A stretch of 64,000 bases of DNA from an uncultured Gemmatimonadales bacterium (GTDB lineage: Bacteria; Gemmatimonadota; Gemmatimonadetes; Gemmatimonadales; GWC2-71-9). Under the pieces are notes generated by a model. That model searched no databases. It worked only from the letters and a program-made list of their open reading frames with translations, and was not told the DNA's origin. The stretch spans positions 672,001 to 736,000 of the forward strand of contig CAWCFX010000001.1 of NCBI GenBank assembly GCA_963795085.1. Reading direction: 5' to 3'. Both the position numbers and the translations under genes were made by a program. The first letter of the stretch is position 1. Every line of letters starts with the position of its first letter. Shown here piece by piece: positions 9,886 to 19,192 of the stretch.

Positions 9886-11193
9886 ATGACTGAGACCTCA
9901 CCGAATCCAGACGCCCTCCTGGTGCGTGAGCTGGGCACCCGCCAGCTGGCCGCCGGCATTTTCAACTATGTCGTCGGGAGCGGCATTTTCGCCCTCCCCG
10001 CCATCGCGATGGGCATGCTGGGACCTGCGGCCCCGGTGGCCTACCTGGCCTGCGCCATCCTGATGGGCATGGTGGTGCTCTGCTTTGCGGAGGCAGGGAG
10101 CCGGGTGGTAGCGTCGGGGGGGCCGTATGCCTACGTCGAGGTGGCGCTGGGCCCGTTCGTCGGCTTCATGGCCGGCGCGCTCAACTATCTCACGCAGATC
10201 GCCGCGACGTCCGCGGTGACGGCCCTGCTCGCCGATTCGGTGGCCCGGCTGGCCGGCATTGAAGGATCGTTCGTCTTTCGCGCCGTGTTTGTGCTCGTCA
10301 CCCTGGCCCTGCTCGCGTGGGTCAACATCCGCGGGGTCCGGACCGGCGCCCGGGTCCTGGAACTGGTGACGGTGGCTAAGCTGGTGCCGCTGGTGGGATT
10401 CGTCCTGATCGGAATGTTTTTCGCCGATGGTGGCAACCTCGGATGGACCGAGACTCCCAGCGTCAAAGGGGTGCTCGGCGCGGCGGGGATCCTGATCTTC
10501 GCCTTCGCCGGCATCGAAGGGGCGCTGGCGCCGAGCGGGGAACTGAAGGACCCAAACCGCACGGTGCCGCGGGCGGCGTTCCTTGCCCTGGGCCTGGTGA
10601 CGGTACTGTATATCGCCATTCACCTGGTGGCCCAGGGGATCCTGGGGCCGGAGCTGGCCGTGGACAAAGTGACCCCGCTCGCCACCGCGGCGGCCCGGTT
10701 CGCCGGTCCGGCGGGGTTCACGATCATGGTGGTGGCCGCGTCCATTTCCATGCTGGGACACACCAGCGGCGCCATCCTGGCCACCCCGCGGATGCTGCTG
10801 GCCTTCGGCCGGGACGGTTTCATTCCCCGCTGGTTTGCCACGGTACATCCCCGCTTTCGCACTCCCCACGTCGCGATCGTGATCCACACCGCCGTGCTGG
10901 CCGTGGTGGCCCTCTCCGGCACCTTTGCCCAGCTGGCCATCCTCGCCAACGTCGCCGTACTGTCGCTCTATTTTCTCTGCGCGATCGCGGCCCTGGTGCT
11001 TCGGCGGCGGGACGTGCGGCAGAGCGGGGCACCGTTCGAAACGCCGGGCGGCCCCCTGGTCCCGATTCTTACCTGCGTTGCCATCACCTGGCTGCTCTGG
11101 GCCACCGTCACCCGCCGCGAATTCGTGGCCCTGGCCGCAGTGCTGGCGATCGCGGTGGTAATGTACGGGGTACGCCGCGCGCGGGGGGCCTGA
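9886..11193 (+). CDS. APC-family amino acid permease
   Basis: VGSGIF, CFAEAGS..GGPYAY, FAFAGIE, HPRFRTP; about 12 TM segments. Confidence 0.9.
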   Translation: MTETSPNPDALLVRELGTRQLAAGIFNYVVGSGIFALPAIAMGMLGPAAPVAYLACAILMGMVVLCFAEAGSRVVASGGPYAYVEVALGPFVGFMAGALNYLTQIAATSAVTALLADSVARLAGIEGSFVFRAVFVLVTLALLAWVNIRGVRTGARVLELVTVAKLVPLVGFVLIGMFFADGGNLGWTETPSVKGVLGAAGILIFAFAGIEGALAPSGELKDPNRTVPRAAFLALGLVTVLYIAIHLVAQGILGPELAVDKVTPLATAAARFAGPAGFTIMVVAASISMLGHTSGAILATPRMLLAFGRDGFIPRWFATVHPRFRTPHVAIVIHTAVLAVVALSGTFAQLAILANVAVLSLYFLCAIAALVLRRRDVRQSGAPFETPGGPLVPILTCVAITWLLWATVTRREFVALAAVLAIAVVMYGVRRARGA

Positions 11194-11196
11194 TCT

Positions 11197-11278
11197 CCGT
11201 TCCCTTCCCTGTCGGGAAGGAGGTTGGGCTTCAAACTACCTAACCCCTACCCCCTTCCCTATTGGGAATGGGGTTTGA
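11197..11278. repeat. Palindromic repeat copies on the left flank of the DUF559 gene, inverted relative to 11728-11964
   Basis: CCTTCCC-TGTC-GGGAAGG and ACCTAACCCCTACCCCCTTCCC-TATT-GGGAATGGGGTTTGA; the reverse complement of the latter matches right-flank unit B. Confidence 0.75.
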
Positions 11279-11281
11279 TCA

Positions 11282-11691
11282 TCATCTGGATTGGGGAAGG
11301 GCACGTGGCTGACAGTCGGGTGATCCGCAGGCTTCTCGAATTGCCGCAACCACGACCTCCAGTCTTTCCAGGACATCCAGGTGCTGAAGTGCACCACCCG
11401 GATGTGCCGTCGGCTTAGCGCGGCATCACGGTCACGATCATAGTCGCCTTGGTTGTCATGAATGTCGCCGTCCAGCTCGATGGCTAGCCGTGTGCTATGA
11501 CAGTAAAAATCCACAATGAACCCGGCGATGACCTGCTGTCGACGAATGTGAAGCCCGCCAAGCTGATTGCGACGGACCGCTTGCCACAGCGTCCGTTCGG
11601 CGGCCGTCATGTTTCGCCGAAGCTCCTTCGCGAGCTCGACCTTCGCGCGGTCCACTCGCTGGCCGATAATGACACGGTTGCTCTCCCGCAT
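11282..11691 (-). pseudogene. DUF559 (Vsr-like) endonuclease with a 1-nt frameshift near 11382 (or assembly error)
   Basis: AKELRRNMTAAERTLW..LGGLHIRRQQVIAGFIVDFYC..LAIELDGDIH..DRDRD. Restoring one A gives the family-typical end RVVHFSNLDVLERLEVVVAAIREAC, stop at 11282. Confidence 0.85.
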
Positions 11692-11727
11692 GCCATAATC
11701 TGATCTGCATGCCAGCAGAAGTCGTCA

Positions 11728-11964
11728 TCCTTTTTCCGCAGAGCCCATGAATACCCCCTTCCCAGCAGGAAGGGGACAGGGGTAGCCAGGTCACGCACCC
11801 TTTGCCCGCGGAGCCTGTCAAAACCCCCTTCCCAGCAGGGAAGGGGGCTGGGGGTTAGGTCCTTCCCTGCAGCGAGGGGACGGGGTAGCAGGCCACGCAT
11901 CTTTCTCCGCAGAGCCTATGAATACCCCCTTCCCAGCAGGGAAGGGGGCAGGGGGTGAGGTCCC
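11728..11964. repeat. Three ~65-70 bp direct repeats (plus one partial), each with a CCCCCTTCCC-AGCA-GGGAAGGGGG hairpin
   Basis: Units start near 11728, 11799 and 11900: CTTT-CCGCAGAGCC-TGAATACCCCCTTCCCAGCAGGGAAGGGGG-GGGGT-AGG. Confidence 0.85.
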
Positions 11965-12082
11965 CGCTTGCGCTCCTCCGAACCACCCTGCACACTCCCA
12001 GGGTGCAACCAAACGGCCGTCTGTTGCGTCTATAGGTTCAGCCGGCTGAGCCGCGCCCGGTTCATTTCCATCAGGATCCGAC

Positions 12083-13477
12083 ATGTCATTTCCCAATCCC
12101 GTCCGCCTGTTGAGGGCGGTTCGCTGGCCGCGTTCCCGGACCAACCGGGCGCTGCTCGTGGTCGGGGCGCTGGCCGTCCCCGGCGTCTGGCTCTTTGCCC
12201 GCAGCCCGGCCGCCTCCGATGCCTCGCTCGTCGCCCGGGTGAAGCACGGGAAGTTCACCCAGACCATCACCTCGAGCGGCGAGCTCCGGGCCCGCGAGTT
12301 CGTCGAGGTCACCGGGCCGGCGAACGCCCAGCAGGCCGGGGCCTACCAAATGAAGATTTCCTCGCTGGTGCCCGAGGGCACACTCGTCAACGCCGGCGAT
12401 GTCGTCGCGGAACTGGACCGGTCCACCCTGGCGAATAAGCTCAACGAGGTCTCCCTCGCGCTTCAGAAGGCCCAGGCCCAGTACGAGCAGGCCATGCTCG
12501 ATTCGACCCTCAATCTCTCTACCGCGCGCGAGAATATCCGCACCATGGAACTGACGCTGGAAGAGAAGCGGATCGCGAAGGAGCAATCGGTGTACGAGGC
12601 GCCCTCGGTGCGGCGGCAGGCGGAGATCGACTACGAGAAGGCCGAGCGGGCGCTGGCCCAGGCCCGCTCCGACTACGTCACCCGGGAGGAGCAGGCCAAG
12701 GCCAAGATGCGGGAGGTCGGCGCCGACCTGGCCCGGCAGCAGGGGCTGCTCAAGGTGGTGCAGGACGTGATGGAGGCCTTCACCATCCGGGCGCCCTCGG
12801 CGGGGATGGTGATCTACGTCAAGGAATGGAATGGCCGCAAGCGGACCTCGGGCTCCCAGGTCAGTTCCTGGGACCCGGATGTCGCCACGCTTCCTGATCT
12901 CTCCCGCATGGAGTCGGTCACCTACGTCAACGAGATTGACGTCCGCCGGATCCAGGCCGGGCAGCCGGTCACCATCACCCTGGATGCCGATCCCGCAAAG
13001 CGGCTGAACGGCACCGTGGCCGCGGTGGCCAACGTGGGCGAGCAGCGGCCCAATACCGACGCCAAGGTCTTCGAGGTGAAGGTCACCATCACCGAGTCCG
13101 ACACCACCCTCCGCCCCGGGATGACCACCGGGAACTCGATTGAGACCTTCACCACCGATGACGTGCTGTTCGTGCCGCTCGAGGCGGTCAACAGCGAGAA
13201 CGGGATTCCCTATGTGTACCGGGTGAACGGCGGCGGCATCGAGAAGCAGGAAGTGGTGACCGGCGCGCTCAACGACGACGAGGTGATCATCGCGCAGGGT
13301 CTCACCCAGGACGACCAGGTCCTGCTCACGCCGCCCGCCGACGGAGGCCGTATGACCATCAAGCGGCTGCCCAATTCTCCGGTTCCTCAGGCGCCCGACA
13401 CCACCGCGCCCCCCGCCGGCGGCGACACCGCGGCCGGTCCCAGGCCGGTGGCGAATACCGGGCAGCGGGCTCCCTGA
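12083..13477 (+). CDS. Efflux periplasmic adaptor subunit (HlyD/MacA-like)
   Basis: N-terminal TM, barrel-sandwich VPEGTLVNAGD, coiled coil, IRAPSAGMV, LRPGMT. Confidence 0.9.
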   Translation: MSFPNPVRLLRAVRWPRSRTNRALLVVGALAVPGVWLFARSPAASDASLVARVKHGKFTQTITSSGELRAREFVEVTGPANAQQAGAYQMKISSLVPEGTLVNAGDVVAELDRSTLANKLNEVSLALQKAQAQYEQAMLDSTLNLSTARENIRTMELTLEEKRIAKEQSVYEAPSVRRQAEIDYEKAERALAQARSDYVTREEQAKAKMREVGADLARQQGLLKVVQDVMEAFTIRAPSAGMVIYVKEWNGRKRTSGSQVSSWDPDVATLPDLSRMESVTYVNEIDVRRIQAGQPVTITLDADPAKRLNGTVAAVANVGEQRPNTDAKVFEVKVTITESDTTLRPGMTTGNSIETFTTDDVLFVPLEAVNSENGIPYVYRVNGGGIEKQEVVTGALNDDEVIIAQGLTQDDQVLLTPPADGGRMTIKRLPNSPVPQAPDTTAPPAGGDTAAGPRPVANTGQRAP

Positions 13478-13496
13478 CCGGGCGCCGAGATCATCC

Positions 13497-14899
13497 ATGA
13501 ACGAGCGATTCAACCGCGAGAATCTCGGCGAACTGCGGGCCATCATCGTCGGGCATGTTCTCTTCAGCATGCGCACGGCGCTGGAGGCCGTGCGGGTCAA
13601 CAAGCTGCGGGCCGGCCTGACTTCGCTGGGATTCTCTTCGGGGTCGCCTCGGTGATCGCCATGCTGGCCATCGGCAAGGGCGCCGAACAAGAGGTGCTGG
13701 AGCAGATGCGCCTGTTGGGATCCAACAACGTGGTGGTCACCCCCCTGGTAGAACAGAAAGAAGGCCCCGCCGCGGAAGAGGACAAGCGGGACGTCAAGAA
13801 GTTCACCCCCGGGCTCACCTACGCCGACGCGCAGTCCATCCTGCGGGTGGTGCCCGGCGTCGAGGCCGCCAGCGCCGAAATCGTGCTCAACACCACGCTG
13901 AGCCGGGAGGGCCGCCGCCGGTCCGGCAAGGTGGTGGGGGTGGATACCTCCTATTTCAGCCTGACTAACCTGGAACTGCAGCGGGGGACCTGGTTCCGGT
14001 CGCTGGAGGTGGAACGCGGGCTGCCGGTGGCGATCATCGGCCAGGGCGTCCGCACTCGTTTCTTCACCACCGAAGACCCCATCGGCAAGCCGCTCAAGGT
14101 GGGTGAGACCTGGGTGACGGTGGTGGGCGTGCTCGCCGACCGCCACGTCGCTGACAACTTCGCCGGGCAGCTCGGCATCCGGGACGCCAACATGGACGTG
14201 TACGTTCCGGTCCGGTCCCTGCTGCTCCGCTACCGGAACCGGGCGCTGGTCACCGCGCAGGACGTCCAGGAAGCCTCCCGCGAGGGCAACTTCGTCTCCA
14301 ACGACGAACAGCCCGAGTCCGAGGAACAGCGTGCCGAGCGAACCAACTATCACCAGCTGGACCGGATCATTGTCCGGGTCAGCGAGTCCACCCTGGTGCC
14401 CGCGGTGGCCACGGTGCTCAGGAAGATGCTGGAGCGCCGCCACAACGCGGTGGTGGACTTCGAGGTCACGGTCCCCGAGCTGCTGCTGCAGCAGGAGCGC
14501 CGCACCAAGACCATTTTCAATATTGTGCTGGGGGCCATCGCCTCCATCTCGCTCATCGTCGGCGGCATCGGCATCATGAACATCATGCTCGCCTCGGTGC
14601 TGGAGCGGATCCGGGAGATCGGCGTCCGCCGGGCGATGGGCGCCACCCAGAAGGACATTCTCTACCAGTTTCTGAGCGAGGCGGTCCTGATCAGCGTGGC
14701 CGGCGGGGTCGCCGGCATCCTGGTCGGTGTCGGGATCAGTGCCGGCATCGAGAAGCTGGCCGGTATCGCGACCATCGTCTCCTTCGTCTCGGTAGGTCTC
14801 GCGTTCGCGGTTTCGATTACGGTGGGGATCGCCTTCGGCATCATGCCCGCCTACCGGGCAAGTCTGCAGGACCCGGTGGTGTGCCTGAGATATGAGTGA
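13497..14899 (+). CDS. MacB/FtsX-type ABC permease, split by a 1-nt frameshift near 13630
   Basis: ATG 13497 gives ..NKLRAGLTSLG then shifts; one extra G restores LTSLGILFGVASVIAMLAIG. C-terminal GGIGIMNIMLASVLERIREIGVRRAMGA. Confidence 0.88.
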
Positions 14900-14954
14900 G
14901 AAGTGCAAAAGTGAGAAGGCGCCGTCAACCCATAGCGATCAGGGCAGGAGGCCG

Positions 14955-16412
14955 GTGAGAACTTCGATTGGGAGAGCTTCCCTCATCGTGGCGGGGCTGG
15001 CGGGCTGGGCGGGGACGCTTGCGGCCCAGCGTGCCGTCACCCTGCCGGAGGCCATTGCGCTGGCCCAGCAGCAGGGACTCCAGGCCCGGGCGGCCAATGC
15101 CTCGCTGGCGGCGGCCCGGCACAACGATGCGGCGTTCAACGCCCGGCTGCTGCCCCAGCTCTCGCTGAGCGGAAACCTGCCCCGCTACAACCGGTCCATC
15201 ATCCCGGTCATCCAGCCGGATGGCAGCACCCAGTTCCGGGCCCTGACCCAGACCACGACCGACCTGGCGCTTACCATGTCGCAGCAGATCCCCGGCACCG
15301 GGGGCACCCTGTTCGTGTCCTCGTCGCTGGAGCGGTTCACGGTCACCGGGCAGCAGGACGTGCGGACCTGGTCTTCCACGCCGGTGCAGATCGGCGTCCG
15401 GCAGGACATCCTGCGCCCCAACACCGCGCGCTGGAACCAGCGCCAGCAGGCTGTCCAGGGCGAACTGGCCGAGCGGCTCTACCTGGAGAGCATGGAGGAG
15501 ATCGCGCTGCAGGCCACCCAGGCCTTTTTTGATGTGTATGCCGCCCGCACCGGCCTGGCCAATGCCGTGACCAACGCGGCCGTCAACGACACCCTGTTCA
15601 CGCTCAACAAGGGGCGCTACGAGGTGGGGAGAATCGGGGAGAACGATCTCCTCCAGAGCGAGCTGGCCCTGCTTCGCGCCCGGGCGGCGGTGCAATCGGC
15701 CCGGCTGGAATACGACCGGGCCACGGCGGCGCTCCGGCTGATCCTGAACCTCCCCCCCGGCACTGACCTCCAGGTGGTGGTGTCGCCCGAGGTCCCGGAG
15801 GTCGCGGCCGATACCGCGAAGGCGGTCGCCGAGGCGATGCTGAATCGCGCGGCGGTCAGCGACGTGGCGCTGCAGGATGTGCAGGCCAGGCGCCGGGTGG
15901 CCGATGCCCGCCTGGCGCAGGGAATCGGAGCGACGGTGCAGGCGAGCTTCGGCCTCAACGCCTCGGCGCCGGAGGCGAGCCTCGCCTACCAGAACCTGCT
16001 CCAGTCGCGGGCCTTTTCGCTCTCGGTCGAGATGCCGCTGTGGCAGTGGGGCGCCCGGTCGCAGTCCGTGCAGGCCGCGCGGTCCGACCAGGAACGGGTC
16101 GAGAGCAACGCCGAGGCCACCCTCCGGCAGACCGCGCACGAGGCGCACTTTGCGGTCCTGGAGCTGGAGCAGGCCAAGATCAACCTGCTGATCACCGCCA
16201 AGGCCGACACGGTCGCCGGCAAGCGATTCGAAGTGGCCTATAACCGCTACGTGATCGGCCGCATCCAGATCGATAACCTCTACCTGGCGCAGTCCGAGAA
16301 GGACCAGGCCCTGCTGCAGTACGTGCAGGCGCTGCGCGGATACTGGCTCGCCTATTACCGGCTGCGCCGCGCCACGCTGTTCGACTTCGCCGCGGGCCAG
16401 CGGATTCACTGA
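14955..16412 (+). CDS. TolC-family outer membrane factor (alternative start 14892)
   Basis: AGGAGG before GTG 14955; signal peptide; LLPQLSLSG, RYEVG, two OEP repeats. Confidence 0.88.
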   Translation: MRTSIGRASLIVAGLAGWAGTLAAQRAVTLPEAIALAQQQGLQARAANASLAAARHNDAAFNARLLPQLSLSGNLPRYNRSIIPVIQPDGSTQFRALTQTTTDLALTMSQQIPGTGGTLFVSSSLERFTVTGQQDVRTWSSTPVQIGVRQDILRPNTARWNQRQQAVQGELAERLYLESMEEIALQATQAFFDVYAARTGLANAVTNAAVNDTLFTLNKGRYEVGRIGENDLLQSELALLRARAAVQSARLEYDRATAALRLILNLPPGTDLQVVVSPEVPEVAADTAKAVAEAMLNRAAVSDVALQDVQARRRVADARLAQGIGATVQASFGLNASAPEASLAYQNLLQSRAFSLSVEMPLWQWGARSQSVQAARSDQERVESNAEATLRQTAHEAHFAVLELEQAKINLLITAKADTVAGKRFEVAYNRYVIGRIQIDNLYLAQSEKDQALLQYVQALRGYWLAYYRLRRATLFDFAAGQRIH

Positions 16413-16475
16413 ACGGCAAGAGGCCAGAGGCCCAGGGACAGGTGGTGAACGGTTCCCGCCGTTCTATATTCGGGG

Positions 16476-18077
16476 GTGACCACCGCCATCCCGTCCGACC
16501 TTAGCAGCGCGCTCGCCGACCGCTATGCCCTGAGCCGGGTGCTGGGCCGGGGGGGGATGGCGACCGTTTACCTCGCGCGCGACCTGAAACACCACCGCGA
16601 GGTCGCCATCAAGGTGTTGTTGCCCATGCTGGCCGCCCAGCTCGGGGTCGAGCGGTTCCTGCAGGAAATCGAGATCGTCGCCCGGCTGACCCATCCCCAT
16701 ATCCTTCCGCTCCACGATTCCGGCGAGGCCCGGGTCCGCGATGGCCTCGATGGCGAGGCCTCCTTCCTCTACTACGTGATGCCCTTCGTGCAGGGCGGAT
16801 CGCTGCGCGACCGGATGGCGGAGCGGCGGCCCATGGTCCTCCCTGATGTCCTGACGGTTCTCCGGCCGGTGGTGGATGCCCTGGGTTACGCGCATCGCAT
16901 CGGCGTCCTGCACCGGGACATCAAGCCCGAGAACATTCTTTTTTCGCAGGGCCACCCGATCGTCGGAGATTTCGGGATCGCCCGCGCCGTCACCACAGCG
17001 GGCGGGACCAACCTGACCCGCACCGGTTTTCCCATCGGGACCCCCGGATACATGAGCCCGGAACAGGCCGCCGGGCTCACCGATCTCGACCAGACCACCG
17101 ATGTCTATAGCCTGGCCGTGGTGACCTACGAACTGCTCACCGGTGAACTGCCGGGGCGCTGGCCCACCGAGGAAGCAGTGCGCCGGGGCCGTTTCGAGGG
17201 GCTCTCTCCGCGCGCCCGCGCGGCCCTCACCGGGGCCGGCCCCGCCGCCGAAGAGGCGCTGGTCCGCGGGCTCTCGGTCCGCCAGGACCAGCGCACGGGC
17301 ACCCCCGCTGCACTGATCGAGGAACTGGCCGGGGCATCGACACGACGCCCCCGCTACAGTCCCGGCCAGGTGCAGGAGATCGTCGGGCGGGCCGCACAGT
17401 TGGAAGCCACCGTCCCTACCCTCGGCGGGGAGATGACACTCGGCGGGGTGGAAGCCCTGGGTGCCGAAGTCGGCATCGCCCCGGACCGGATCCGGGAAGC
17501 CGCCCTGGCCGTGCGCCGGCCCGGCGATGGGTCCGCCCTCGCCACCAGCGCGTCCGAGGCCAACAACCGGTGGCTCAACGGGCCCACCCGCATCGCCCTG
17601 GAACGAGTGGTGGATGGAGAGCTGCCGGAGGCGGAGTATGCCAGCCTGGTGGACGAGATCCGCTATCTGCTCAAGAACGGGGGCCAGGTGAGCCAGCTGG
17701 GCCGGTCTTTTGCCTGGTCGCCCTCCCGAAGCGAGTATCTCAGGCGCGACCTCGAGGTCGTGGTGACGGTGCGGGGCGGCAAGACCCGGATTACCGTGAT
17801 GGAAAACCTGAAGGCGCTGGCGGGGTCGATCTACGGGGGAATCGGCGGCGGGTTGGGCGGCGGCGGGATGGGGCCGATTCTCGGCGTCACCATCGGCGCG
17901 CTGAGCATGAACCCGGTTTTTCTGATCGGTCTGATCCCGGCCTGGTTGGGCGGCGTCTATGCGACCGCTCGCACGGTGTACGGACGACAGTCCCGGAAGC
18001 GGGCGGTCGAGCTTGAGGAACTGGCGGACCGGCTGGCCCAGGTGGCCGGAGACCTGATGGGTCCCCGGACGCGGTAG
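16476..18077 (+). CDS. Hanks-type Ser/Thr protein kinase with C-terminal membrane domain
   Basis: LGRGGMATVY, VAIK, HRDIKPEN, DFGIA, GTPGYMSPEQ, DVYSL; two C-terminal TM helices. Confidence 0.93.
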   Translation: MTTAIPSDLSSALADRYALSRVLGRGGMATVYLARDLKHHREVAIKVLLPMLAAQLGVERFLQEIEIVARLTHPHILPLHDSGEARVRDGLDGEASFLYYVMPFVQGGSLRDRMAERRPMVLPDVLTVLRPVVDALGYAHRIGVLHRDIKPENILFSQGHPIVGDFGIARAVTTAGGTNLTRTGFPIGTPGYMSPEQAAGLTDLDQTTDVYSLAVVTYELLTGELPGRWPTEEAVRRGRFEGLSPRARAALTGAGPAAEEALVRGLSVRQDQRTGTPAALIEELAGASTRRPRYSPGQVQEIVGRAAQLEATVPTLGGEMTLGGVEALGAEVGIAPDRIREAALAVRRPGDGSALATSASEANNRWLNGPTRIALERVVDGELPEAEYASLVDEIRYLLKNGGQVSQLGRSFAWSPSRSEYLRRDLEVVVTVRGGKTRITVMENLKALAGSIYGGIGGGLGGGGMGPILGVTIGALSMNPVFLIGLIPAWLGGVYATARTVYGRQSRKRAVELEELADRLAQVAGDLMGPRTR

Positions 18078-18169
18078 TCCCATCCCTCCTGCCCGGGCAC
18101 AACCCCAGCGGGCTTGGGGACGTCTACCACGAGTCGGGATTTCAGGTCACCGTCTCCTGGAGCCGGGTC

Positions 18170-19192
18170 ATGCCAGGGATTCTTCCGCTTCTCCTCCCGC
18201 TCGCCTTCGGGGCTGCAGCGTTCCAGGCCCCGGTCGTGCGCCCGGTTGTCTCGATTGGATGCGGCGACTGCGGTGGCGCCGCCCAGTTTACCGCCGTGGC
18301 CGATGTGGCCGTGAGCCCCAACGGCACCGTCTGGGTGGCCGATCGAGAGGACCCCCAGGTCCGGATATTCTCTCCGGACGGCCGGCACGTCCGCGGTTTC
18401 GGTCGGCGAGGCAGGGGGCCGGGAGAATATTCCGGAATCGCGAAGATGTTTGTTGGCGGGGATGGAACGGCCGCCATCGTCGACATGGGGTCCTTCCAGC
18501 TGACCCGGGTGGACAGCACCGGCCGGCTGCTCTCCACCACGCCGCTCCACGCATTCCCCCTCGATGCCGGCGCGGCGCCGGGCTCCCTTGCGATCCATCT
18601 CCTGTTCAGCCGCTTCCAGCCGGGGACGAGCCTGGTGCGGCTGGCCGCGCCGGGAAGCGACAGCTTGCGCCCCGTCGCGATCCACCTCGGCACCTTTCCG
18701 CGGCCCCAAGCGCCGGCGGAGATTCACAGCCTGGCCATCGGGCCCGATGGCTCCGTCGCCGTGGGCGATGGCGGAACCGAGTACCGGATCCGCGTCTACC
18801 GGCGGTCAGGTACCCACGACATCGTGCGCGATATCCCCCTGAGCCGGCGGACTCCCCGGGAACAGGCTGCGCTGCTGGCCGGTATGCGGGGCGCCGCGCA
18901 ACTGGGGCGGATGGAAGGCGGCACCGCTCATCCCGCGCCGCCGCCGCTGGAGAAGCCACACTTCGACTGGCGAGGGCTGCGCTACGATCCGCGGGGGAGA
19001 CTCTGGGTGAAAACCGGGCGGGGCACCGACACACGAACGATACTCGACGTCTTTGCCCCGTCGGGAGATTTTCTGGGGGAAGTCCCCGTTCCCGGGAAGG
19101 TGACCGGGTTTGCCTTCGGGGGGAACTACCTGGTCACCGCGGCGGAGGATGCACAGGGGACGCCGCGGGTGACGCTGTGGCGGGTGAAGTAG
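18170..19192 (+). CDS. Secreted NHL-like 6-bladed beta-propeller protein
   Basis: Signal peptide; DVAVSPNGTVWVAD, FGRRGRGPGEY, DVFAPSGDFLG. Confidence 0.8.
   Translation: MPGILPLLLPLAFGAAAFQAPVVRPVVSIGCGDCGGAAQFTAVADVAVSPNGTVWVADREDPQVRIFSPDGRHVRGFGRRGRGPGEYSGIAKMFVGGDGTAAIVDMGSFQLTRVDSTGRLLSTTPLHAFPLDAGAAPGSLAIHLLFSRFQPGTSLVRLAAPGSDSLRPVAIHLGTFPRPQAPAEIHSLAIGPDGSVAVGDGGTEYRIRVYRRSGTHDIVRDIPLSRRTPREQAALLAGMRGAAQLGRMEGGTAHPAPPPLEKPHFDWRGLRYDPRGRLWVKTGRGTDTRTILDVFAPSGDFLGEVPVPGKVTGFAFGGNYLVTAAEDAQGTPRVTLWRVK

Noticed and set aside
11728..11964. CRISPR array
   Set aside because: Units are long and degenerate, the intervening sequences are similar rather than unique spacers, and there are no cas genes.
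8983..12000. Integrative element or prophage at tRNA-Pro
   Set aside because: No integrase or phage genes, and I saw no duplicate of the tRNA 3' end.
12086..14908. 940-aa antisense ORF and similar long shadow ORFs (3841..6138, 14925..16409, 61209..63791)
   Set aside because: They mirror well-supported genes on the opposite strand, as expected at high GC, and have no recognisable motifs.
19134..19192. 59-bp convergent overlap of sulfotransferase and propeller genes as a frameshift
   Set aside because: The sulfotransferase domain appears complete, and short 3' overlaps are common.
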